This document shows positions 1 through 8,996 of a stretch of DNA of 64,000 nt, piece after piece. The stretch is from positions 673 through 64,672 of the forward strand of contig JAAYUC010000044.1 of the NCBI GenBank assembly GCA_012517865.1, written 5' to 3'. The number at the start of each line of letters is the position of its first letter. Position 1 is the first letter of the stretch. The position numbers and the translations under genes are program-made. This DNA comes from Chloroflexota bacterium. Its GTDB lineage: Bacteria; Chloroflexota; Anaerolineae; Anaerolineales; Anaerolineaceae. Under the pieces are notes generated by a model. That model was not told the DNA's origin. It worked only from the letters and a program-made list of their open reading frames with translations, and searched no databases.

Positions 1-1304
1 TCTACGCGCAGCAGCCTGGCAAGCTGTTGGCGGTAAGCCTCCCTCTCCACCGCGTCCGCGACGTCCTCAATCAGCGGCAGCACCTGGGCAGCAATTTCCC
101 GCTTGACTTTGGCGTCGTTAATATCCTGGGCGGCAGCCAGGGTTTCCATCACGTGCACCACCACGGGTTTGGCCTCCGCGGCGATTTTTCGCCAGGCTTC
201 CGGGTCCGCCAGCGCGATTTCATCCGGGTCCTGATTGGCGGGCAGTGTTGTGACGCGGATATCCGCTTTGAGGCGGCCCTCAAAGTGAAGCAGCCCGCGC
301 GAGTCAAAGGTCGGCTGGTCATCCTGGTCCATTGTCTTGCGCGCCGTTTCCAGGCCGCGCAGGGTTGCTTTTTCCCCGGCGGCATCCGGGTCGAGCGCCA
401 GGACAATATTGCGCGTGAACTTTTTCAGCAATTTGAACTGGTCTTCGGTCAGGGCGGTGCCCATCGGAGAGACCGCGTTGGCAAAGCCTGCCTGGTGAAG
501 GCCAATCACATCCATGTACCCCTCAACAATGACTGCCTGTTCAGTCCGCCGGATTTCCTGGCGCGCCAGGTCCAGGCCGTAAAGCAGATGCCCCTTGTCG
601 AATAGTTCCGTGCGCGGGGAGTTGAGATATTTCGGGACGTCCTCCGGGTTCAGCACGCGCCCGCCAAAACCCGCCATTTTTCCATAGGCATCCCGAATGG
701 GGAACATCAGGCGGTGGCGGAATTTATCGTAGGTATCGCCGTCATCCCGTTCCGTAATCAGGCCGGCGCGCAGCAAATGGTCTTTGGTGTAGCCTTTGCG
801 TAAAAGATGCCGGCTCAGGTCATCCCACCCCGCGGGAGCATAGCCCAGTCCCCAAATCTTAATGGTTGTATCGGTGAGACCTCGGCGCCGCAGATATGCC
901 AGCGCCGCGCTGCCAGATTCGCTTTCAAAAAGCTGCGCCCGGTAAAATTGCGCGGCGTCTTCGAGCACTTTGATGAGGCTCTCGCGAACCTGGGCATCAG
1001 CTTCGCCAATTTTAGGTTGTGAACTCAGCGGAACGCCGGCTTTATCGGCTAAGAAGCGCAGGGTCTCGCTGAAATCCCAGCCCTCTTTTTTCATGACGAA
1101 GCCAAACAGGTCCCCACCTTCGTTGCACTGGCCAAAGCAGCGCCAGGTCTGGCTTTCTGGAAAGACGACAAACGCCGGCGTGCGGGTATTGCTGTGGAAG
1201 GGGCAAAAACCAATGTAGTTCTTGCCGGTGCGGCGCAATTTTACAGTCTGGGAGATATAATCCACCAGATCGAGCTGTGCCTTAATCTCGTCAACTACGC
1301 CCAT
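1..1304 (-). CDS. dnaG: DNA primase DnaG, N-terminal ~434 codons; the C-terminus runs off the left edge of the window
   Basis: Absent from the ORF track because no stop lies inside the window. My reverse-strand translation from ATG at 1304 reads MGVVDEIKAQLDLVDYISQTVKLRRTGKNYIGFCPFHSNTRTPAFVVFPESQTWRCFGQC (CHC2 zinc finger), then AVIVEGYMDVIGLHQAGF and LALDPDAAGEKA (Toprim). The frame stays open to position 1. Confidence 0.85.
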   Translation of the reverse strand, partial: MGVVDEIKAQLDLVDYISQTVKLRRTGKNYIGFCPFHSNTRTPAFVVFPESQTWRCFGQCNEGGDLFGFVMKKEGWDFSETLRFLADKAGVPLSSQPKIGEADAQVRESLIKVLEDAAQFYRAQLFESESGSAALAYLRRRGLTDTTIKIWGLGYAPAGWDDLSRHLLRKGYTKDHLLRAGLITERDDGDTYDKFRHRLMFPIRDAYGKMAGFGGRVLNPEDVPKYLNSPRTELFDKGHLLYGLDLARQEIRRTEQAVIVEGYMDVIGLHQAGFANAVSPMGTALTEDQFKLLKKFTRNIVLALDPDAAGEKATLRGLETARKTMDQDDQPTFDSRGLLHFEGRLKADIRVTTLPANQDPDEIALADPEAWRKIAAEAKPVVVHVMETLAAAQDINDAKVKREIAAQVLPLIEDVADAVEREAYRQQLARLLRV

Positions 1305-1342
1305 AATTCCCGTGTGTCAAAAAGCTAAATAAGCCGCGCTTC

Positions 1343-2347
1343 CTAAAGCACGCGCTCATCAAAGGATTTCAGCGTCCGTAGATAATTCGCGCGTTCGTAG
1401 GCCGCGGGATTCTCAATCTTATCCAGACGCAGAGTGCCGCGCATTTTTTCGACGGACTCGTATCCATTCTTATCCATCCAGGCATTCAAGCCTTTCAGCA
1501 GCCGTTCCGCGAATTTCACGCCGTTGGCAAGCAGCGCGGAGACAACATAGCTGACTTTCGCGCCGGCCATGATGGCTTTCACCATGTCCTCGGGGCTGTG
1601 CACGCCCCCGCTGAGCGCGAAGTCGGCCTCCAATTGCGATGACGCGATGGCTATCCAACGCGCCGGCAGTGCCAGGTCGGCGCTCGTGCTCAGGCGGGCT
1701 TTGCGTTCCACCTCAAGAGATTCAATGTCAAAAGCAGGCTGCATGAAGCGGTTGAAAAGGACGAAGCCTTCCGCGCCGGCCTTATACGCCCGCGCCAGAA
1801 AACGCGGCAACGTAGTCAGGAACGGCGAAAGCTTGACAGCGACCGGAATGCTGACGTGTTTGCAGACTTCCTGAATCAGGCTGATGTAGTTTTTTTCAAC
1901 CTGGTCTGAGCTAAGCGTCGGGTCGGTTACCAGAGTATAGATATTCAATTCCAACGCGTCCGCGCCAGCCGCCTGAAGCTCCCGGGCCAGGCGCACCCAG
2001 CCGCCAGGAGTCGTGCCGTTCAGGCTGGCAATGACCGGGATTTCCACGCTTTCTTTTATTTTTCGAAGCTGCGCGATGTACTTATCGGCGACAGTCTCAA
2101 TATTGCGCGGCTCGGGAAGATAGGTTTGCGCTTCGGGTTGGCTCTCGGTGCCCTTATTCAGGAAGTAATCCAGCTCAAGGCTTTCGTGCGTGATTTCTTC
2201 TTCAAACAGGGAATGCATCACCACGGCGCCCGCGCCGCTGTCTTCCAGCTGGCGGACGACATCAAGCTGCAAGGTAAAAGGAGACGCGCCCGCTACCAGG
2301 GGATTCTTTATGGGCAAACCCAGGTAGCTTGTTTTCAATTCAGCCAT
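1343..2347 (-). CDS. Dihydroorotate dehydrogenase-like FMN TIM-barrel protein (class 1 DHOD fold without the catalytic Cys/Ser motif)
   Basis: 334 aa ORF. It has DHOD-like blocks: LKNPLVAGASP, ADALELNIY where DHODs have ELN-x-SCPN, then VKLSPF, FNRF and LSGGV. It lies directly downstream of PFOR on the same strand. Confidence 0.75.
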   Translation of the reverse strand: MAELKTSYLGLPIKNPLVAGASPFTLQLDVVRQLEDSGAGAVVMHSLFEEEITHESLELDYFLNKGTESQPEAQTYLPEPRNIETVADKYIAQLRKIKESVEIPVIASLNGTTPGGWVRLARELQAAGADALELNIYTLVTDPTLSSDQVEKNYISLIQEVCKHVSIPVAVKLSPFLTTLPRFLARAYKAGAEGFVLFNRFMQPAFDIESLEVERKARLSTSADLALPARWIAIASSQLEADFALSGGVHSPEDMVKAIMAGAKVSYVVSALLANGVKFAERLLKGLNAWMDKNGYESVEKMRGTLRLDKIENPAAYERANYLRTLKSFDERVL

Positions 2348-2484
2348 TTCTCCTCCTTAGGGTATGAGAATAGAAAACGATGACGCAATCGTGCACGTCA
2401 TCGTTTATTCTACCTTATAAAAGCGCCTGCTTCCAATGGAAAGGATTATTAGCACCCTTCCCTATGGCGCTGATGCGCGGTGCC

Positions 2485-5400
2485 TTACGCCTGCGGCGCT
2501 CCTTCTTCGGGTTTGTTCCCAAAGGAGTAATCCATGGCTGCCATTTGTTCGTAAAGCGACCAGCGGCGTTCAGCGTCTGCCTGAGCAGCCTTCATTAGCA
2601 TTTCCGCGCGTTCTTCGTCAGACTGCAGCAGCATACGGTAGCGGGTCTCGTTGTAGGCGTATTCCGACACTTTCACGCTCGGCGCCTTGGAGTCCAACTG
2701 CAGCGGGTTTTTGCCTTCCGCGGCCAGGCGCGGGTCGTAGCGGTAAAGCGGCCAGGCGCCGGAGGCCACGGCCAGTTTCTGCTGCTCCAACCCCTTGGAC
2801 ATGTCAATGCCATGGTTGATGCAGTGGCTGTAGGCAATGATTAAGGAAGGACCTTCGTACGAATCCGCTTCCGTGAAAGCTTTCAGAGTCTGGCTGTCGC
2901 TGCCGCCCATGGCCACACGGGCGACATAGATATTGCCGTAGCTCATGCTGATTAAGCCCAGGTCTTTCTTGGGTTTGTCGCGTCCGTCGGCGGCAAACTT
3001 CGCCACCGCGCCGCGCGGGGTCGCCTTTGAGGATTGACCGCCGGTGTTGGAGTACACTTCGGTATCCAGGACGAGGACGTTGACATCCCGGCCGGAAGCC
3101 AGCACGTGGTCCAGACCGCCGTAGCCGATATCGTAAGCCCAGCCGTCGCCGCCGATAATCCAGACACTCTTGCGCACCAGATAATCCGCGACAGCAAGCA
3201 GGTTCTTCATTTCCTGGTCGGTCTTGCCTTCCAGAATGGATTTCAATTCCCGCACGCGCTTGCGCTGTTCCTGAATTTCAGCTTCCGTCTTCTGGCTCGC
3301 GTTCAAAATCGCGTCGGCCAGCTCCGCGCCAACCAGCTGAGCGTGTTTGCCAAGCAGTTCCCGGGCATACTGAGCCAGTTTGTCAATCGTCAGGCGCATG
3401 CCCATGCCAAATTCGGCATTATCCTCAAAGAGCGAGTTCGACCAGGCCGGACCGCGTCCGTCGCTGTTCTTCGCGTAAGGCGTGGTAGGCAGGTTGCCGC
3501 CGTAAATGGAGGTACAGCCGGTGGCATTGGCAATCACCATGCGGTCGCCAAAGAGCTGGGTGGCAAGCTTGATGTAGGGGGTCTCGCCACAGCCTGCGCA
3601 AGCGCCGGAGAACTCGAACAGCGGTTCCAGCAGCTGGGAATTTTTGACCAGATGCGTGGAGATAGTTGTGCGGTCCAGCATGGGCAGGGAGAGGAAGAAG
3701 TCCCAGTTTTTGATTTCGCGCTCGCGGATTGGCGGCTGTGGGCGCATGTTGATGGCCTTGCGGTTCGGGTCGGTTTTGTCCTTTCCGGGGCAGTTCTGGA
3801 CGCACAGGCCGCAGCCGGTGCAGTCTTCGGGGGCCACCTGAACAGTCCAGGAATAGCCGTCTTTCCATTCGCGCGCTTTGGAAGCGGTGGATTTAAACTC
3901 AGCCGGGGCATTCGCCAGCAGTTCGGTCGGGTAGAGCTTGACGCGAATAGCGGCGTGCGGGCAGACAAAGGAACAGCGCGCGCACTGGATACAAATATCC
4001 GGCTCCCAGACCGGGATTTCCAGGGCGATATTGCGCTTTTCCCACTTGGTGGTCGCTGTCGGGAAGGTGCCGTCCACCGGCATTTCGCTGACTTTAACAG
4101 ACTCGCCATTGCGGTCAATAATCTTGCCGAGCACTTCCTTTACGTATTCGGGGGCATTGGCAGGCACCGGGCTGTGGCGTTCGATAGTGCTGGTCACCTT
4201 GCCTGGAACCTTGACGCGGTGCATATTGGCAATGGCCTGGTCCACAGCCGCGAAGTTTTTGTTCACGACGGCTTCACCGCGCTTGCCGTAGGTCTTCTCA
4301 ATGGAATGCTTAATCGCGGCGATGGCTTCGTCCCGGGGCAAAATCTTGCTGATAGCGAAGAAACAGGTCTGCATGATGGTGTTGATGCGCTGCCCCATGC
4401 CGGTCTTTTCCGCCACGGAATAGGCATCGATGACATAGAACTCAATTTCCTTCTCAATCAAGTCGCGCTGCATTTGCTTCGGCAGCGTGTCCCAGACTTC
4501 TTCGGGGCCGTAGATGCTGTTCAGGAGAAATACCGAACCCTTGCGGGCGTACTTCAGCATATCGAAGCGGTCCACAAAACTGACCTGATGGCAGCCCACA
4601 AAGGTCGCTTCGCCTTCGGAAATCAGGTAAGGCGCTTTGATGGGCCGGGGGCCAAAGCGCAGGTGCGAAACCGTGACAGTGCCTGACTTCTTGGAGTCGT
4701 AATCGAAGTAACCCTGGGCGTAGTTCTCGGTCTCATCGCCAATAATCTTGATGGAGTTCTTGTTCGCGCCAACCGTACCATCGGAGCCAAGGCCGAAGAA
4801 CATTGCCTGAATAACATCATCTCCAAGCACTTCGAAGGTTGGGTCGTAATCAATGCTCAGATTGGTGACATCATCCACAATGCCAACGGTGAACTGGCGT
4901 TTGGGATGGTCTTTTTTGAGTTCATCAAAAACGCCCTTGGCCATCGCCGGGGTGAAGTCCTTCGAGGACAGGCCGTAACGTCCGCCGATGATAAGCGGTT
5001 TGGCCTGGAAGGGAGCGATTCCCTCATCCATCGCCACGGAAACAGCGTTCACCACATCCTGGTAGAGCGGTTCACCCAGCGCGCCGGCTTCCTTGGTGCG
5101 GTCCAGCACCGCGATTTTCTTCACAGTCGCGGGCAAGGCAGCCATCAGATGTTTCACCGAGAACGGGCGGTACAGGCGCACATAAATCACGCCAACTTTT
5201 TCACCTTTTTTGGCAAGCAGTTCAGCGGTTTCGCTGGCTGTCTGCGCGGCAGAACCCATCAGGATGATGACGCGTTCCGCGTCGGGAGCGCCGTAATACT
5301 CCATGATGTGGTACGGGCGTCCGGTCAGTTTGCCGAACTTTTCCATTTCCTGTTCAACAATGCCGACACAGGCCTCGTAGTATTTATTCACTGTCTCGCG

Positions 5401-6084
5401 CCCCTGGAAGTACACATCCGGGTTCTGGGCGGTGCCGCGCAAAACCGGTGCGTCGGGGGTGAGAGCACGTTTGCGGTGTTCGATGATGAGTTCGTCATCA
5501 ATCATCGCGCGCAGTTCTTCATCCGAAATGCGTTCAATTTTGTTGACTTCGTGCGAGGTGCGGAAGCCGTCAAAGAAATGCAGGAAAGGCACGCGCGCGC
5601 GCAGCGTTGCGGCGGTGCTGATGAGAGCACAGTCCTGCGCTTCCTGCACGGAACCGCTGGAGAGCATCGCCCAGCCAGTCTGGCGGCAGGCCATCACGTC
5701 CTGATGGTCGCCAAAAATGGAGAGCGCCTGCGCCGCCAGGGACCGCGCGGAGATGTGAAAGACCGTGGAGGTCAGCTCGCCGGCAATCTTGTACATATTC
5801 GGGATCATCAAGAGCAAACCCTGAGACGCGGTAAAGGTGGTGGAAAGCGCGCCGGTTTGCAGTGCGCCGTGCACCGCCCCAGCCGCTCCGCCTTCGGACT
5901 GCATCTGAACCACTGAGGGGATGGTCCCCCACAGGTTCGGAACGCGTTCCGCCATCCATTGATCAGCGTATTCGCCCATCGCCGAGCTCGGCGTAATCGG
6001 GTAAATCGCAATCACTTCATTCAGGCGATAAGCGACATACGCTGTCGCTTCATTGCCGTCGGTCATGACCATTTGATGTTTCAT
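2485..6084 (-). CDS. nifJ: Pyruvate:ferredoxin (flavodoxin) oxidoreductase, single-polypeptide NifJ/PFOR type
   Basis: ~1199 aa. N-terminus is MKHQMVMTDGNEATAYVAYRLNEVIAIYPITPSS. Two 4Fe-4S ferredoxin motifs are present (CIQCARCSFVCPHAAI and CTGCGLCVQNCPG), plus a TPP-binding block GGDGWAYDIGYGGLDH. I chose the ATG at 6084 because AAGGAG lies 7 nt upstream. The ORF-track start at 6150 adds 22 unlikely residues. Confidence 0.95.
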   Translation of the reverse strand: MKHQMVMTDGNEATAYVAYRLNEVIAIYPITPSSAMGEYADQWMAERVPNLWGTIPSVVQMQSEGGAAGAVHGALQTGALSTTFTASQGLLLMIPNMYKIAGELTSTVFHISARSLAAQALSIFGDHQDVMACRQTGWAMLSSGSVQEAQDCALISTAATLRARVPFLHFFDGFRTSHEVNKIERISDEELRAMIDDELIIEHRKRALTPDAPVLRGTAQNPDVYFQGRETVNKYYEACVGIVEQEMEKFGKLTGRPYHIMEYYGAPDAERVIILMGSAAQTASETAELLAKKGEKVGVIYVRLYRPFSVKHLMAALPATVKKIAVLDRTKEAGALGEPLYQDVVNAVSVAMDEGIAPFQAKPLIIGGRYGLSSKDFTPAMAKGVFDELKKDHPKRQFTVGIVDDVTNLSIDYDPTFEVLGDDVIQAMFFGLGSDGTVGANKNSIKIIGDETENYAQGYFDYDSKKSGTVTVSHLRFGPRPIKAPYLISEGEATFVGCHQVSFVDRFDMLKYARKGSVFLLNSIYGPEEVWDTLPKQMQRDLIEKEIEFYVIDAYSVAEKTGMGQRINTIMQTCFFAISKILPRDEAIAAIKHSIEKTYGKRGEAVVNKNFAAVDQAIANMHRVKVPGKVTSTIERHSPVPANAPEYVKEVLGKIIDRNGESVKVSEMPVDGTFPTATTKWEKRNIALEIPVWEPDICIQCARCSFVCPHAAIRVKLYPTELLANAPAEFKSTASKAREWKDGYSWTVQVAPEDCTGCGLCVQNCPGKDKTDPNRKAINMRPQPPIREREIKNWDFFLSLPMLDRTTISTHLVKNSQLLEPLFEFSGACAGCGETPYIKLATQLFGDRMVIANATGCTSIYGGNLPTTPYAKNSDGRGPAWSNSLFEDNAEFGMGMRLTIDKLAQYARELLGKHAQLVGAELADAILNASQKTEAEIQEQRKRVRELKSILEGKTDQEMKNLLAVADYLVRKSVWIIGGDGWAYDIGYGGLDHVLASGRDVNVLVLDTEVYSNTGGQSSKATPRGAVAKFAADGRDKPKKDLGLISMSYGNIYVARVAMGGSDSQTLKAFTEADSYEGPSLIIAYSHCINHGIDMSKGLEQQKLAVASGAWPLYRYDPRLAAEGKNPLQLDSKAPSVKVSEYAYNETRYRMLLQSDEERAEMLMKAAQADAERRWSLYEQMAAMDYSFGNKPEEGAPQA

Positions 6085-6294
6085 TCGTTTCTCCTTAAAT
6101 TGCCCTGGTTTTGGTCCGGGAACTTGATTTGTGTCACACTTAATAACCACTCGCGTGAGTGGCCAAAATTTCCTGACTTATTGTATCGTATTTTCAAGAT
6201 TCTGAGGGGTTTTTGGGATTTTCGCTTTTCGCAATCGGGCGAGATTCCCTTTCCTCCCTGGCCAGGCAAACTTCATGCGCTGGTCAGCTTGCTT

Positions 6295-6873
6295 TTACAG
6301 CCCAAGAAGCTGCCGGAAGCTCTCCCACAACTCCGGGAAGCGCCGGCTCAGTTCCGGCAGCGCCAGCATGAGCGTGACGATGGTCTTGCCGTCTTTTATC
6401 TCGCCAGCCCACGCGCGCTGGTACAGTTCCACCAGGGGCATGCGCGTAAGCGTCAGAAATTCGTCCTCATCCTGGTCCAAAGGCGCTTCGCGCAGGCCCA
6501 GAGCCAGGAAGGCGTGCATGTATTCGTTGGAATATCCCGCCACCATAAAAAACCCGCCCAAAGCCAGCAGTTCAGCGCTGTCCATGCCGGTTTCCTCGCG
6601 CAGTTCGCGCCGCGCGCTCTCCAAAGGCTGCTCGCCCGGGTCCATCACCCCGGCCGGCAGCTCCAGCAGCAAACTTTCCGCGCCAATGCGGTACTGCGTG
6701 ACCAGCAGTGCTTCCCCCGCCGCATTCACGGGCAGCAGCGTCACCGCGTTGGCGTGGTCCACCAGGTCGTAGGCGCGCTCGCGTCCATCCGGAAGGCGAA
6801 AACCAAGTTTCACCACGTCAAAGGCATGCGCTCGCAGAACAGTTTCGCGGGAGAGGATTTCGTAAGTGTTCAT
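6295..6873 (-). CDS. NUDIX hydrolase (ADP-ribose pyrophosphatase-like)
   Basis: 192 aa with a Nudix box, GVMDPGEQPLESARRELREETG. Confidence 0.85.
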   Translation of the reverse strand: MNTYEILSRETVLRAHAFDVVKLGFRLPDGRERAYDLVDHANAVTLLPVNAAGEALLVTQYRIGAESLLLELPAGVMDPGEQPLESARRELREETGMDSAELLALGGFFMVAGYSNEYMHAFLALGLREAPLDQDEDEFLTLTRMPLVELYQRAWAGEIKDGKTIVTLMLALPELSRRFPELWESFRQLLGL

Positions 6874-6894
6874 AGTGACCTTTCAGTTTTTTTT

Positions 6895-7782
6895 TTATCG
6901 CGTCCCGACAATTTTGGAGAACCAGATTTGCTCGCTCTCCAGCTGAAACCCCAGGCTGCGCGCCAGCCTTTGCATGGGCAGGTTCTCACTGCTGGTGCCT
7001 GTCCGCACCCGGCGCACACCCGCGGCGAACAAACCCGCCAGGCAACGTTCCGTCAACGCGCGCGCCAGGCCGAGGCCCTGATACTCCGGACGCGTCCCGA
7101 TGGGGTCCGTGTATCCCAGGTCGGGCTCCTCCGCGGATATACCGCCCACGCAGAACGCCGCCAGCCGCCCCTCCGGCGAGAGCGCGACCAAATCCAGGTC
7201 CGGCCGATAATCCGGCGCCTCCATCATTGCCAGCCGCTGTTCCGCGGTCATGTTCAGGGTGCCAAAGGCGGCGCGGTGCAGCGCCACCAGGTCCGGGATT
7301 TCCCGCTCCCCCAGCACGGGGCGCCAGCTGAACCCCCGCGGGAATTCGCGCGGGGACGGCGGCGCGCTCAAATCCAGGCGGTAGCGCAGGCTGCGGATGC
7401 TCTGCTCCGTAAAGCCATTGCGCAGGAGCAGCGCGATTTGCCAGCTGTCAGCGGGGGAAAAACAGGCATCCAAAGTATCCTCCGCGCCCAAAAGCGCGTT
7501 GCGTTCCCGCATCTGGTCTTCCGCCCACGAAACCAGTGCGTCTTCAAGCTCCGAGCCGCGCGCGGCCGGCAGGATTTCGAAGTTCAGGTTGTTGTATCCG
7601 TCCACAAAGGCAAACGCCGCCAGGCGTCCGCTTTCTTCCCACAGGCATAAGTTCTCGCGGATAGAGGGCATCAACAAGCGCTCCTCCAGGTCCGATATCG
7701 CGGTCGGTCCGGGCAGCGCCTGCGCCAATTCCCGCACCGCTTGCAGGTCGGATAAATCTCGCGCTGTTCGTCTGTGCATCAT
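6895..7782 (-). CDS. Two-domain GNAT N-acetyltransferase (MshD-like architecture)
   Basis: The C-terminal GNAT motif A is RPEYQGLGLARALTERCL, and an N-terminal GNAT-like half is also present. I chose the ATG at 7782 (MMHRR...) because GGGGAG lies upstream. The ORF-track TTG start at 7836 is less likely. Confidence 0.7.
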   Translation of the reverse strand: MMHRRTARDLSDLQAVRELAQALPGPTAISDLEERLLMPSIRENLCLWEESGRLAAFAFVDGYNNLNFEILPAARGSELEDALVSWAEDQMRERNALLGAEDTLDACFSPADSWQIALLLRNGFTEQSIRSLRYRLDLSAPPSPREFPRGFSWRPVLGEREIPDLVALHRAAFGTLNMTAEQRLAMMEAPDYRPDLDLVALSPEGRLAAFCVGGISAEEPDLGYTDPIGTRPEYQGLGLARALTERCLAGLFAAGVRRVRTGTSSENLPMQRLARSLGFQLESEQIWFSKIVGTR

Positions 7783-7910
7783 GATGGTCTGCTCCCCGCT
7801 GATTCTACCCGAAAGCTGGCTGACCGCACGCGTCAACGGCTTTCTTTTATCTGGAAAATAAAAACCGGAGGGCGCGCAAGTCCTCCGGTTTTTCAGATTG
7901 AAATATTGGT

Positions 7911-8567
7911 TTACGGAATCTGCAGCACCTGCCCGGGCTGCAGGTCGTAGGGCGGGGTCAGGCCGTTCACCGCGATGATGGCCTCCGGCCAGACGTCGCC
8001 GTATTCGCAGGCGATGCTGTACACAGTCTCGCCGGGCGAGACAGTCCAGGTATCCGGATGCGGGAGCTGAGCGCGGTCCGCTGTCGGCCAGCTGCCGCTC
8101 TGCGGGATTTCAAGCACATCACCGATGCTCAGCCAGCTGTTGTAGTTGTTCAGCGCCAGCATCTCGGCCGGGTCCACGTCGTAACGGCGCGCCAGGCAGT
8201 AGATAGTTTCCCCCGATTGGACGGTGTGCGTCAGCGGGCGGGTCATCACGGGCGTGGGCGGCAGCGGCGTGGGGGTCGGGTTGGGCACGGGCGTATTGGT
8301 GGGCAGCAAAATGCCGACCGCGGTGGCCACCACGGGCGTACCCTGCGCGTTGGTCACCATGATGGTGGGCTGGTTGAACTTTTCCATTATCGCCTGGGCG
8401 GTCATCGTAGCATTAATAATTTGTTGGTCCACGGGCAGGGGCGTGCTGGCCGAATCAATCACCTGCGGGGTGGCAACAGGCGCCTTTGAATAGGGGCGCT
8501 GGCAGGCCGAGAGCGCCGCGATGAGCAGCAGGAGCAGGGCGGTAAGTAATCGAATCTTTTTTGACAT
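7911..8567 (-). CDS. Secreted lipoprotein with two LysM domains
   Basis: Signal peptide with lipobox (LLLLIAALSAC). Two LysM repeats: HTVQSGETIYCLARRYDVDPAEMLALNN...GDVLEIP and WTVSPGETVYSIACEYG...LQPGQVLQIP. A Pro/Thr linker is present. Confidence 0.85.
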   Translation of the reverse strand: MSKKIRLLTALLLLLIAALSACQRPYSKAPVATPQVIDSASTPLPVDQQIINATMTAQAIMEKFNQPTIMVTNAQGTPVVATAVGILLPTNTPVPNPTPTPLPPTPVMTRPLTHTVQSGETIYCLARRYDVDPAEMLALNNYNSWLSIGDVLEIPQSGSWPTADRAQLPHPDTWTVSPGETVYSIACEYGDVWPEAIIAVNGLTPPYDLQPGQVLQIP

Positions 8568-8625
8568 AGGTCGTCTCCAATCGTGCGCAAATCTTGCTGT
8601 TTAGTATGCAAGAATTGTGCCAGAT

Positions 8626-8662
8626 TGGGAAAAAACAAAACCGGCAGAAGGCCTGCCGGTTT
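8626..8662 (-). terminator. Intrinsic terminator downstream of the 65-aa gene
   Basis: Stem CCGGCAG (8641-8647) pairs with CTGCCGG (8653-8659) around a 5-nt loop. The A-run at 8629-8640 on the plus strand is a U-run on the minus-strand transcript. Confidence 0.6.
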
Positions 8663-8681
8663 GAAAGGGCGATGACAGAAG

Positions 8682-8879
8682 TTACTTTTTCTTGAGGACA
8701 GGCAGGCCGGAGGGCAGCTCGATGACGACTTTGCCAGCCGGGACGGCGTCCACGGTTTCGCCTTTGCGCAGGTCAGTGGAGAAGTAATACAACTCGGTCG
8801 CCTTCCCACTGGCGCGGACCACTTTCTTCATATGGAGAAAGTATTCCTTACCTTTAGAGTTCTTAAAGCTGAATGCCAT
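8682..8879 (-). CDS. Small hypothetical protein (65 aa, basic)
   Basis: The ORF reads MAFSFKNSKGKEYFLHMKKVV...PVLKKK. GAAGGAG lies 6 nt upstream of the ATG. It has its own promoter-like and terminator-like signals. I recognise no family. Confidence 0.55.
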   Translation of the reverse strand: MAFSFKNSKGKEYFLHMKKVVRASGKATELYYFSTDLRKGETVDAVPAGKVVIELPSGLPVLKKK

Positions 8880-8914
8880 AATTTGCTCCTTCTGAATGTT
8901 TGGCTTGTAGATTC

Positions 8915-8943
8915 AGTGTACAGGGAAAACAGGCGATTGTCAA
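8915..8943 (-). promoter_or_regulatory. Sigma-70-like promoter of the 65-aa gene (TTGACA-17-TACACT on the minus strand)
   Basis: Plus-strand TGTCAA at 8938-8943 and AGTGTA at 8915-8920, separated by a 17-nt spacer. Confidence 0.5.
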
Positions 8944-8996
8944 ACGGGAGTAGAGGGAGGGGTTGCCAGGGAAGCTATTAAGACCTCCTCCTATGG

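Noticed and set aside
27-605. 192-aa plus-strand ORF at the left edge.
   Set aside because: It is antisense to the clearly recognisable dnaG reading frame, which is open to the window edge.
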